64,000 nucleotides of DNA from Podarcis cretensis (lineage: Eukaryota): NCBI GenBank assembly GCA_951804945.1, contig OX638154.1, forward strand, positions 53,382,001-53,446,000. The letters are read 5' to 3'. Every line of letters starts with the position of its first letter. Within the stretch, counting starts at the first letter, position 1. A program made the translations under genes and the position numbers. Under the pieces are notes generated by a model. The model saw only the letters and a list, made by a program, of their open reading frames with translations. It did no database searches and had not been told where the DNA came from. Positions 26,210 through 39,600 of this stretch are shown here, one piece after another.

Positions 26210-27561
26210 TTGAAGCAGAACTGTTCTGCTTAAGACTAAGGGATTATATGCTATAGCCCTGACTAGCTGGCTAATAAAACAAAACCCAGCTGTTATGGAA
26301 AGCAAGGGCAAATGTTGCTCCTCTGCAAATGTTACATGTAAAAAACAAAACAAAACAAAAACCGCACACACGAACGAAATTCTCAGTAGGACAGGCAGCC
26401 TGCTCTAGCAGACAGAATATTGAATTTGAGTGACCCAAACAGGTTTAAATTCGTGCTCAACCATGAATTCATTGAGAACTTTGGAAAAGTCAACATTTAT
26501 TAGCTTCAGTTTTGTATCCAATAAATGGAAATAAAATAGTGAAAAAAATGTAAAGCACTTTAAACATTAACTGTGCTACTGGAACAATCCATGTCTCTAT
26601 AAACAAAACAAAGAATATTTCCCATTATTCCGTAACACTATTCCAGCATTCTGTCACATCCAGGAGAGGAGTGATCAAGAAATTGAACCTTATAGGGAAC
26701 TATACAAATAGGAACAGGCTTAATTCTCACTGGCTGGAGCTGGTGTAGCCCAAACACCAATGAGGTGCCCAAGCGCTTCTATTTACTATCACCCACTAGT
26801 GAATAGCTGACATCCTCTTCTGTGGAGAAAAGTAAAGTTCTGCCCTTTGGGACAATGTTGGACTGGGGGCTAAACCTGCCCTGGGTGGTCAGTCCCTTGC
26901 TGATAGGGACTCTACATACACATGTGCCCTTGAAAGGCAGACAACAGACAGAAGCTCTCTTTTAGCAAACACCACATACATAAACATAATAATATTGCAT
27001 ATTCTGCTGGTTAACAATAATGGGCAAGGCTTGAGATCCTCTCTGGAAATAATCCATTCTGCTCCTAGCTATGTAACCTCACATCTGACAATAATAATCC
27101 ACATTTCAGTTCAGTGACATTGGCCTGGAACAATTAAGAAGGTTTACTAACAACTGTCAGAAAAACTACTCCTTGGAGCAGCCTGATGCCTCCCTGGTTG
27201 CCGAGGATGGAAGACAGTGACATGCCATATGGCATTGCCACCATTATCATAATGCCTGGAACCCTGAGACATAATAAATCACACAATCTCTGTGCAGGGA
27301 AAGCAAGCAGAGCTAAAGAGATCTGATAGATTCAAGCTTTTATGTGACAGTGCTCCATATTGGTTCTTCCCTGGTCTAGGTATTCTCATAGAATGAGGAC
27401 CCAAAATCAGTCTGGCTCTGTCGCCCTGCAATCACCAGTGAGTCACCCACACAGTCATAAGACAAACATCAAGCAAGGGGAAAAGCAGGAAAATTCCTAT
27501 CACCTTGTAAGCTGGAGGACAGCACTTTCATAAAGCATGCCAATCATGGCTTCACATTCTT

Positions 27562-27609
<48 letters not shown>

Positions 27610-27646
27610 GCAAAGCAGCAGTGCCACATTTTCAGCCAACAAGGAT

Positions 27647-27678
<32 letters not shown>

Positions 27679-30600
27679 GCAGCCCATTTGGACAATACCA
27701 GATGGATGAATTCAATTCAGCTAATGCTTGATAATATTTATCCAACTAAGAGAAATATAAGAAGATTCGGTATTATACCAGGCAACTACTATGATTTTCT
27801 GCATATAAATCATAGTGTCTATTTGCATTTGATTGAGGAGTTTGCAGAATCCATTCTGACTATATCATCCTGTGTGTGCGTGTGCTTGCCCACAGGCACA
27901 CTGGGTGTTCCCTTCAATCCTACAGGCATCTCCTTCCTGCTCCTGTGGTGGCAGCGAGAGAAACTGGATAGCCATAATGATAACAGTCTGGCTTTCAAGC
28001 CAGGAAATGTGGAATTATGGCTGCAACTCCATCCTCCCGCTCCTTGTGCTTGCCCTTGGTCATATGTGCTCCGTGTGTGTACGCACACACTGCTCTCTCT
28101 CCCCCCCCTTCCAAAAGCTCCGAAGCTGCCATCTGTTCTGGGACACATTCCAACTATGACCACCTGCTGGTGAGCACTTGCACTGCGTCTGCCTGGATCA
28201 GCACCATCATTCCTGCCTGTGCCTCTCTGGCACGCTGCCTTGCATTCCACATCTCCCCACACTCCTGGACGCAGAAGGGCAAAGCTAACCAAATGGGGGA
28301 CCCCACAGTAAATCCAGCCTTTTGGGACACACAGTGCCTGAAAAGAGGTCCTTAGCTCCAACAAGACACAAGGAAGCTATTCTGCTGTTTTGCACATGTG
28401 CTACAATCTGAAGAGCTCTGTGACTTCATCGAGCCTCCTCCCCACCCCTCCCAGAGTTCAGGCCGGAGAATCAGCTCTACTTTTTGTACCCAGAATGTTC
28501 ATTTACTTTGGCTACATCAGTCTTATGTCATGGTATTTAGTGTATACCTTGCAGGGGTGCCAGCTTGAATAAAGTAAGCCCCACCCTGCATAATCGATCA
28601 CAAGATGCGGCATGCACACACCATTTGAATGGCAATGCCCATCAACTTGGGAGGGATCCCTCAAATATTTTATTGGGAGGGCAAAGGAGTTGGCTCCTAT
28701 GGTACTTTGGCTACTGGTATCTTGAAGCAAAGGTATAAAAATTGGAGAAACTGCCTTTTTATTTGGTTAGCATGTCTTAGGAGCACTGAATGGCACTCGC
28801 CTTTTTGCCACATTTATCTATGGAATTTGCAGATCTCTTTAGCTTTGTGATCCCAATTAAGATTTGTCATTTACCAAATTCTTTGCCCATGTGGCAAATT
28901 TTGTGTTTGTTCTGCAGAATTCCTACTGAGTGCACTTTGCAGTATTACAATTCTCTCCTTTTCAAAAAGGCTATTACAAGAAAGTTGCATTGTGTGTGCA
29001 GCTGTCCAACCTGTCTTAGTGCATCTCTTAATATCAAGATCTAGACACCCATAAAATGGAACTCTCCTCCTTAGGAACATAAGATGTTGCTTTACATGAA
29101 TTCAGAGCCCTGGTCCATCTAGCTCAATTCTGTCAAAGTTGATTGACAGTGGCTCTCCAGGGTTTCAGACAGGAGTCCCTTGCAGCCCTACATGGAGATG
29201 ACAGGGACTGAATCCGGAACTGTCTGCATGCAAAGCATGTGTTTTCTTACAAAAATATTTATTATGTGTTGAAAGCTAGATAAAGTTCCAAATGTTTTAT
29301 TGCTGGAGAGTATGCCATTGTATGAGCTGTCATCTGCAGTGTGAAGAACAGTCAAGACATACAGATTTACCCCCTTGTATACTGTTTGGGAGAATTCATT
29401 TTCTCATTTACATATGCATTTGGGAAATACACTGAGTAGTTGGGGAACATGCCTGGCTCAAACCCACCTGCAGGCTTTGGCTGTTGGGGGCACTTGTAGG
29501 ACACTCAGGGTCAAAGGGGTCTAGACAAGGCCGCTCCATATAGGCCTGGCCAACCTCTGCCTTATCCAGCATCTCCTTGAATCCTTCCAGCGAGGCAAAC
29601 TGACCCAACTCCTCCATCAGTTGAATGGGGTCTAAGTTAGTCCACTGGATATCGCGCCGGCCCCTACGGAGATAAAATATGGGTTAACAGGGAAAGAAAA
29701 TATCCAGATAGCATTGCTTATTCCTATTACAGATTATATTAAATGGATGATTTTAAGAGGAGGCTTGTAAATTCATATATGTATAAGTAGGCAGGTATCT
29801 ACATTTTTTGGTAGGCTAGTAATTTGTGTGAATATTTGCAATGCTAAACCTGACCATATGTCTAGGCTGTAGCATACTTATGCAGCAATGCATACTTGAG
29901 CAGCTTTTATTTTCCTTTGGAGCAATAAAGAGGCTAGAGAAGGAACGTGGACTTGTCCCCCAAGAAGGAAGATCTCTGAACACACACACCCCACATACTA
30001 GGTCTGGCCATAATTTAAGTCCATTTCCCTTGTCCTGTGTACTGCTGCTTCTCCCTTGCATGCAGAGCCCTGGCTCTCCCAGCACTGCCTCTATCAAGAT
30101 GTTAGCACGCTGGCGTTAATTGCCCTGACTGGCTGCACAAGACTCATTTAGGGGGTGGGAGGGGTCTGCTCAGTGCTGATATAGGGCTTCATTCCTTTTG
30201 TTCCCGTGCATAACAGGATCAGGCATGCTGCTTTCATTTGGCATCTGGTTTAGAGTGCCAGCTCCAGAGGATCTGGACAGTGCCTCCTCTGGGAGCACCA
30301 GAGCTGTGTGTGTGCCGTAGGCTGGGGTCATGTGCATGTAGGGGCATCAGGGTGTATTCCAGAAGAAAAAGAGAATCTTTCAACAAAAGCTGGAAAGGGA
30401 AGAGGGGTATTTTCCATGCACAACACTTGGCCCGATGCATTTGTGCACAGAGATGTACACAGCAGTATAATTTTTTATGTGCATATTTTATTCTTTCTGT
30501 TTATATAGATGTCTAGATAATATACACATATTGAAAAGGCTTCTTGATGGGAGAAAAGGCATTTTGCTTCTGCCCAAACAAAAAGGGTAACCCTTGTAAC

Positions 30601-33600
30601 ATGCAACTTATTTAATGAGCAAGTGTGGAAGGATCTATCCCAGGAAGGCTTCATCTCCAACCATTGCAATGACAGATCTGTTGTACTACAGAGGAAAGGT
30701 CACATCCCCTGAAAATGTAGTACTACCCACCAAAGAAAGGGCAAATTGTGCCAAGTTCTGCCCAACATTATCCTGAGACAGTAAATTTCACAAGAATTTT
30801 GTGAAAACTCCATTATTTGGTCACTTTCTAGTTTCGCTGAAAATGTTCCTTGGCTTCACACTGTGAGAAAGGGTCAGTGACCCACCAAAATGAGTATCTG
30901 GGGCTAGGAGAGAAGAACCACTGAGACAAGATATTCAGAGAACTAAACCCAAGCAACTTGCATGACTGCTTCTGGCAACATATAAAGTACTGGCAAAGGT
31001 CAGAGAAGAGGCAATAAGAATGGTTCCAAAGGCCACAATGAGCCATAGAGGTTAGTTTTATCTGTATAAAGTACAAGGGAGTTGCTTAGGAATTAATTCC
31101 AGCTCTAGACAGATAGGAATACAGTTGAGCAGAAACAGTCTTTAAGGGATCTCTGATTATAGTAAACTCTCCAAATGGGCAACTTTTCGAGGGGCAAATC
31201 CTCTGCTTGGTCTGACAAGAGATTACCTGATAAAAGATATTTCCCTAGACCAGTACCTGTTGGAAAGGGTGGAGGGTTTTGAAACTTCATAGAGTAGAAT
31301 TTGACAGTGAACTCAATTAGCCAGTATATTGTAATTGATCCAGGCTTTGTGTCACATTCTCTGAGATCAAGGTTATAGCTACAATCCAAACAAATCCTGG
31401 CATCTTGTTTCAGGTCTGATTATATCCAGCAACTCTCCTCCACTGCCATTCATGCAGCATCTTCCTAACATGACTGAAGCAAATTTCTAACAAGAGGCCT
31501 ATTTCCAAAAAGCAGGTTGAGTGAGAGCTGTGGCCCAGGGAGATTCATGAGGACCATATATAGAGGCCTGGAGGGCTGCATTAGGTCCCTGGGCCTGAGG
31601 CTCCCCATCTCTGCTTTAAATGATGTAAACAACAACAACAACAACCCTAAGGCTGGAGCTACAGTTCCTCTGACGCCACTCACTCTTCCACTGGTGCTCT
31701 CATGCATTCTTGTATTCAACTTCCTGTCACAGAGTGGTTGCATCACTGAGGCCACAGAAGCAAGGGAAAGTGGCAAGGCGACTGCAGTATCCCTCAGTGC
31801 CTTGATATAATCTTAGCAACCGTACTTCTTCCCAGTGGATTGGAGGTAGAGGCTCACATAGTCCCGGAGTAATTAGCCCCTAAGTTTCTGGGTTTATAAG
31901 AGCTCTGCAGCAAGGAAATTTGCCAGGTATGATTTTCCATGTTCATTTTCCCATTCTAATAGGAGAATCTGTTCTTGTTCCTGTTGTGCAGCCATTAAAA
32001 TCGGAGGAGCTTGTCCATGCAGGATCAGGGCCTGAAGACCTACATGCTCTACTCTCAGAGGCTATCGAATTACTGAAAGCCTTGATAGTCAAAGCTTGTC
32101 TCCCCGACTCTTTCTAGAGAGCTGGCTGCTAGGGATTTTTTCTGTCTCTCCACACAAGTTTGTAGCCAAACAAACCAATATAAGTTGAAGGGGGGGGGGG
32201 AGTGGTTGGATATGAAGAAGGGAGTTGCAGCATTTTGTCCTTTCAGCTGGAATCACAAAGCAAAGTCTATTTTGCTTGCTATTTTCTTTTTAAAAAAAAC
32301 AGAAGGAAAAAGCAAAACTCCAAGATGTGGAAAGCAAGAAAGCAGGGGCAGGGAAAGTCTTGTCATGCTCGGAGCAGAATCACTCTCCAATCATTCATGA
32401 AGCCCCAGGTCCCAAGAAGGTTCCTCCTTGCCTGATTCCCACATTCCAAACAGCCCAGCTCCTGCTCCCAAAGAGAGCTTCTTTTATCTGCTGTTTCTTG
32501 CTTCACTGAGCCAAGTCGGGCCCTTTTGTTTTTCCATAGATTGCTGCCCTTTGTTCTCCCAAGTTTTCTCTCCCTTTGCGTTAAAAGGAGGAGGGGGGGA
32601 GAGAGAGACCCTCAGCTGAACTGAAGCGGAAGTTGGACCTGAGGAAAAGACTCCCCCATTCCAGCCACTGACAAGAAAACTTTGGGACGTGTGTGTGTGA
32701 AATTTCTGAGCAGTGGAGGAGGGGGGATACGAGAGTCATTATAAATAAACAAGGAACCCAAGAGACTGGATACAGAAAGTAAGGGAGCAAGGACATGACG
32801 TTTCATGGAAGAATAGGAAGAGCAAGAAAATCCCCAGGCTTCCCTGCCAACTGCCTTCGTTTGCACATGAATCTGAGCTGTTATGCAAAGTGGGTTCTTA
32901 AAACCCCATATTTCATCTACTTTAAAAAAGGAAAAGAAAAGGGAAGCTTGAAAGCAACCCAAAGTCTCAAATTCTGTAACCTTTAGCTCTCCTTTGGGGG
33001 GGGTGCTTAAGAGTAACTCTCCATTTTGTTCAGTGAATCACCCTGCAAATAGCACCCAACATTTGTATGAGATAAACTCAGTGAGATGAAACAGACCCTG
33101 TTCCCTTAAAAAAACAAAACCCCACACCTTGCATTTGTGCTGCTCCTGAGTTCAACGGAAAACACTTCACCCTACCCCAACCCTTATTCTTGGCAGTTTG
33201 ATATTAAAATCCCTCCCTCTTTTAATTTTTCTGAAATCTGTTTTCTCCTCCCTCCCTCCCTGTCCCCTTTCTCTCAGCAGCAGGCTGAATAAAGCTACTA
33301 TTCCATTTGTTGGGCAACTTGGAGCTTTCAAAGTATCATTAGCATGAGAATACGTGGTGTTGCCGTTTGCTGACAAAGCATAAGTCTCCAGGGCCCCTTA
33401 TGGACAAACACACTTGTAAACAGAAAGAATGCTGGCTATTGTTCCTGGCCCTCCCTCCCCCAGTGCCTCCAGTGGGGCTGGTCCCCACATCTTTACCCTC
33501 TCTCCCCCTCCATCCCCCATTTTGTACACCTTAATAGAAACATAATTACGAGGCAGCAGGAGCAACAAAACAAAGCAATTGGCCCCAAAGTAGAAACTTA

Positions 33601-36600
33601 GGGGAGGGGGTAGGAGACTAGAGAAAGCGTTTTCCCTCTGGTTCGGAAGTGGGACAGGGAGAAACTGCTGGGGCTGTGGACCTATACCCAAATTCTGTGG
33701 GGGCAGGCTGGAGGATGTGAGACTATCCTACCACCCACTAACTGTTACCACCCCCTCCCTAATGTAGCATCGCAGAACAAGGGGGGGGTGTGTAAGCAAA
33801 ACCCCGTTGGCCATGCCGTGGTGGAATAGGTAAGAGGAGAAAAGCTGTAGTATTATGGTGGTAACTGGCAAATTATGCTATTCTACAGCAGATGGACAGT
33901 ATTCTCCTTCCTGTGACACAGGTGCCACCTTTATAGTATATGTGCCACTGAAAATGAGAACTATGTCTCCGTTTCCCCAAACAAGCAATAATGCACGCTG
34001 AAAACATACTGAAAGGAGGAGAAATAGCTAAAAGCATGTCAGGTCTCAATCCCTGTGCTGGATACATGCTTAACCTACAGACAGCCTTCTACACAGCCTT
34101 GGCCTCACAGGCCAATCACAGCAGGGCAGAAAAGTACACCTGAAAAACAGGTACTCACGGGAGGTAAGCGGAACCCCCTTGCAGCTTGGCACCATCCCAA
34201 AAGCAGTCCAGTGGGGTCACGATAACACAAGGAAAGAGCTTCTCGATCATCTGGGAATGACAAGAGCCACAGTCACAGAGGAAAACCACAAGTTCATCTT
34301 TCCAGTTCTCTTCTGCTCTCTTTGTCCCTTACCTTGACCTGCCCAAATGCTCACATAATTTTACTGCAGGTGTGACTACCCTCTCTACAACCAGTGTCCT
34401 ACTGCAACTTAACTTACCTTGTCTCCCCTTTCTCTCCCTTGAAGGCTTTTGGAACAGTGAATGGCTTTGGGAACCAAATACAAGCCCTCAATTGAAACAG
34501 ATCCCGGATATGAGAACCTGGAAGACTTGTCCTAGCCAAATGGGCTACAGTGGGCCATGGGCAGTCCTCACTCTGAGGATACCTGTCTAAGGGGACAGCA
34601 GTCTCTTGCAACTGAGGCATGCAGGATGTAAAACCCTTATCACCAAAGGTCAGGCACTACTGAAAGCAGTTGAGGATAAAATAGACTTTCCACTTTCTAC
34701 TCCCCCAGCGTATGACTGGAAGGGAGATAAAGCCTCATAGTTAGCTCTTATCTCAGATACACAGGAGTGATTGTTACCAGGGTTAGGGGTCTAGCAAAAA
34801 GAAGCATGTCCAGTCTATGCAGAAATGTCCAAGTCTCTGAACCCAGAAGGGTGCTTTGGGAAGCTGCTCCTTTGTAACACCATCCTTTTTTAAAGATTCC
34901 ACCCTATCCCCATAGCAACCTGGATATCCTCTCTAAGACCCACCCCATTCTCTAGCCAACCAGCTAGACCCCAGGGAATTATTTATGCCATCTAACAAAG
35001 AGATTTTCCCCAGCTGATCTACCTAATTTCTATGGGTTTTAGTGCAACCCCTGTCCCTGCAGATGCATGCATTCCCTTGGCAACTCACCCGTGCAATCAT
35101 TCCATTCTCAATTATGGGGACACCTGACTTGTAGCATATTTTGTTGAGATCCCAAGACCTGAAAGAAGGAGCAGAGGCAATGAATGTCAAAAAAAGTCAA
35201 AAGAATTGCTGGAAAGAGGAATGTTAACTAAATGGAAGCTGCAGAGGCAATGTACCTCTGAGTAACAGGTGCTGGGCACAAACATTGGGGAAGGCCATAA
35301 CCTTCATGCTCTGCTTGTGAGCATCCAGAGACACATGAAGATTGATAGAAACTGAATGCTGGACTAGATAGATCCTCATTTAATCCATCATAAAAAAGTG
35401 TATGTTCTTCTTATGAGAGTAACATAGATTTTCCATTTTGAAACTCACTTTCCGTAAAGTAAGACTTGCACTTTGCTTGCAGCCAGAGCAGCTTCAAGAT
35501 GCATTCCCAAGGCCTCTGGGGTCAGGATGTTTTCACCTTCCCGTTTTGGAGTTTGTATCAGCATCTGGGGTGTGTACAGAGACTCTTCTCCTAGCTTTTC
35601 CTTTGTGTACCGGAGCTCCTGGCTGACACGGCTGCCCTCTGGAGGGAAAGGGAAAGAAACACTGGAGTTAATATACCTCCCACTTACCTCTGTCCTCTTA
35701 CTTGGCTCTTCGCTTATTCACATGAGAGACCCTAGAACTGAGAATAGGCCCACAGGGGAACATCATGCAGTCTGGTCTTCCCTTTAACACATGTATTCTT
35801 CTTCACATTATCATGGTGGTTAAAAGAATACATTTCCCCAACCCTTGGAAGATTTAACTAGTAGACTGATGATTCCAATCTGTGTTAGTTGTCTAATTAA
35901 TTAAAACAAATTAAAAGACACAGCGAAGTGTTGTGCTTGATCACATATAGTATCTTTAAAACATAAAACAAAACACAGCTGCAGAGGTAGAAGTGAGGAG
36001 GGGCTCAAGAAGGAGTGGTATTGCTTGATAAGCTCCCCACCCACAAGCAAAATCCTACTGGAGAGGAGGCAGGTGTTCAGCAACTTTCAAGGAGCGGTTT
36101 TACTGAGGCGGGGGGGGGGGGGGGACAACTGTTGGAGGGAAAGGGCTAAGAACTGCCTCCCCCACAGTCTTCCTCTGTAATTGCAGCTTCTGGGACTGTA
36201 TTTTATTTTTGAAAAAGAAAGGGAAAGGGCGAGTGGAAGGAGAAACTACATATTGAGAAGCTGCTACCCGCACAGAGTGCTATACAGTCATACCTCGGGA
36301 TAAATACACTTCAGGATAAGTATTTTCGGGTTGCGATCCACGGCGACCCGGAAGTAACGGAGCGCGTTACTTCCGAGTTAAGCCGGCTGGCACATGCGCA
36401 GACGGTCAAAATGACATCACGCGCATGAGAAGAAGCGGCGAAACACAACCCGTGCATGCGCACGCGCAGAGGTATCTTACGTTCTGTTCAAGATGTGAAC
36501 AGGGCTCCGGAACGGATCCCGTTCGCATCCCGAGGTACCACTGTAGTTCATCGTCTGCCAGAGGAAGTTGCCGCCATATACTGTAACTGACCTGGTGCTC

Positions 36601-39600
36601 CAGAAGCCACAATAAGAAGTATATAAATATGACTAATGTAGTCAGTATATTAAAAACTGAAGGGGAATAACATTTTTGCCCCTTATGGCTTTGAGTGGGA
36701 TGAGTGAACTAATAATGCCAAGGGCAAATTCACTGTGCCCCAAGCTTCCACTCTGAAGAATGCCCCAATGGTAGCTTTGCTACAAAATAGTACAAGTTGT
36801 GGAAGAAGTTGCCTGCCTGCCACAGAACAGCTGTATATAGCAAAGGATTCTGGGAAATATTCTACAGTGCATACTCAGTTCAGTCATAGTAATGCCCAAG
36901 TCTGTTGAGCCTCACATTCACTCTGTACAAAGTGAAAGTACACACAAGCTTCTGTGGCTGCACACTGCAGAAGATAGGAAGTTAAACAGATAAAGCTGAC
37001 TTTCAGAGACATTTGTTTGCCGTGGTTAAACTTCTCATTGAGGAATATTGCTCGTGTCTTCATAAAATTTTATTTATAAAGTTAACAACAAATATATCAT
37101 TTGGAAATTGACAATGAATTTGCATTGCTTCAGTATTGCTTCAGTAGTTTGTTAAGTAATTTGTGTTATAAATTTAAACCATCTTTATGGTCATTGTGCT
37201 TTTTTCAAGGGATTGTATCTGAGCACTCAAAGCAACCTCACAAAAACAACTACAATTCCCACACTTCTCCAGGGGGAAATCCATGGCAGTTAAACCAATT
37301 TCATACTGGTTTGGGTCTATAGTGTAGATATTCCCTTAATCATCCTTAAAATAAGCATGTGAGGGAAGCTGTCACTATTTCCATTTTGCAGATATAGAGA
37401 CACAGGCTGAAAGACAGATTACTGAACCCAAAGATAAATTCTGTTTTGACTACAATCTCCCATTTTCAAGCCATTGCAGAAGACTCTCAATGTTAGGCTT
37501 CAGGTTTATGGGGCTAATGACAACATAGCTGTCTCTTGAGGGTCAGAATCCAAGAAACACCAATGCAGTCTAACATTTTCTTGATTTTCCCAACGCCTTT
37601 TCTCCTAAACGTGTGTGGACATATCTGTGTTTAACTGGTTTAATACATGTTGCCTCTCTCCAGAAAACACCACAAACTGCAATTCCCAGGATTATTTGAT
37701 GGTGGCAGCAGCAGGGATGGGGACGAGGAAGGAGTATAGACAGCTAAACTGGGGCACAACCAAAATAAGTTTGTGACACAGGTACGTCTTATGGCAGCAG
37801 CTGTGGAGCACAACAAATGGAAGGTTCATAATATGCACTGTAGGGTGCTTGCCAACTATTCCCAACTATGTGACTCTAGTACAGCGTTCCTCAACATGGT
37901 GTCCTCCAGGTGGTTTGGACTAAAACTTCTATCAACTTCAGCCAGCCTGAGCAATGGTCAAGGACGATGAGAGTTGTAGTCTATAAAAATATATGGGTCA
38001 AACCATCACAAGACGTGCTGAAATTTTGGGAGGTTGGAAAGTTACAATGGAATTGCCTTGTGGGCAGAGTGCTCATTTTTATTTATTTATTATTATTACT
38101 TTGTCAAAATAAAAAATAAAATTATCTTTCTATCTGGAGGGCACCAAGTGGGAGGAAGAATGCTCTACAGGATAGCCTATCCAAATATTGTTCATATTAA
38201 AATAAAAAACATTTTTCACATATTATCTTTTCCTTTTCAAATTCTCTGGCTCACCTTATTTTTAACAGAAGCAGAAAATGAGGACATAAAAACCACATAT
38301 TCCACAGCCTGATAATTCTCTTGCTTATTGGTGCTTCTCCTCTTCCATTGTTCTGGGTTCTTCATCATAAATTATATTTCTCAAACTTGGTAAGAGAGAG
38401 TTTGTGTAGACATTTTTACTACAAGCTCGCTGCTGAGCTCAACAATTCTATCCTGTCCTGCTATTTTGTCAATTTTTGTAAGTACAAATTCTTCTTTTAA
38501 TGCTTCGTAGCTGTTGATTTTTATAAATATATATATATATATAACCCAAGCTGATTGACAGGCATGCTTTTGGTTTCCACGCCACTCTCCCCAAAGGAAC
38601 AGCTGGGATGCCAGTGAGGGAGGAGGCTATGCCAAGGAACACAGGGAGGGGACAGACACTCTGCGTCTGTCCGAGATGGGAAGAGCTGGGAGGGAAGCAT
38701 CAGAGGCAGAATCCAAACCATTCCAGGCTGTTTGGGAGGCAAGGCACCAGGAGTCATGCTGAGCTCTGCTGATCTTGACTAGGCCACCCAGGAGAGAAAC
38801 CACACGTACAACCAGAATGTAGAGGAAGGGTGGGGAACACATTCAGGCCAAACGTTGAAGCCACAGGCGAAGATGGATCCCAAAAATTAGAGGAGTCCTT
38901 CATCCGACGGTCTTTAAGTACAAAGCCTCTTTTTAAACAAGTGCCAGGAGATGGTTTTGTGCCATGTGATGGCCAGGACAGAAATATGCAGAGAGGGAGA
39001 GAGAGAGAGAGACCCTCTCAACAACCTTGTTCTTGTCATTGCTCAGGATGAGTGATAGTAGGAAGTGGACACTGGGAGCCTTATTTATTTATTAACAACG
39101 TTCGGAGCTGAAATGACAATACATCTGCAAGTGTTGTGAAGAAGGGAAGAGAGGGAGATATTCCTTGTAATTAGGGTTAATTTGGAACAGGACAATCTGA
39201 AGCTTCAAAGGGGAATGAGGAAGCCTCAAATTCCAACACCCTAATTAACCAGGGAGCAACATGAAAAGACAAGGCAAAATGAGAGAAGCTGCCAAGTATG
39301 CTTTACATGGGGCACTCTCTTGTCTGATGGGGAGGGCGTTAAACTTAGGTACTGTCACTCTATGTGCCACAGCCTCCCCCCCAACTGCTCCTGCTTAACC
39401 CCCCTCCCCTCCACTGAGAGAGCAGCATTGTTTGATACAAAGTTGGGGGAGGGGATTCTGGGCTACAGTGAGGTAGCAACAGTGAGCATGTTAATGAGGA
39501 GCCCTATGCAAATTCTTTTTTACTCCAATTAACAAAGGAAGCCCTCTCCTTTTTCATGCAAAGGGTCCCTCTCCCTCTTGATCAAACTCCCAATTGTACT

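Noticed and set aside
29071-29245. tRNA gene
   Set aside because: Only a degraded B-box-like segment within a SINE; no cloverleaf.
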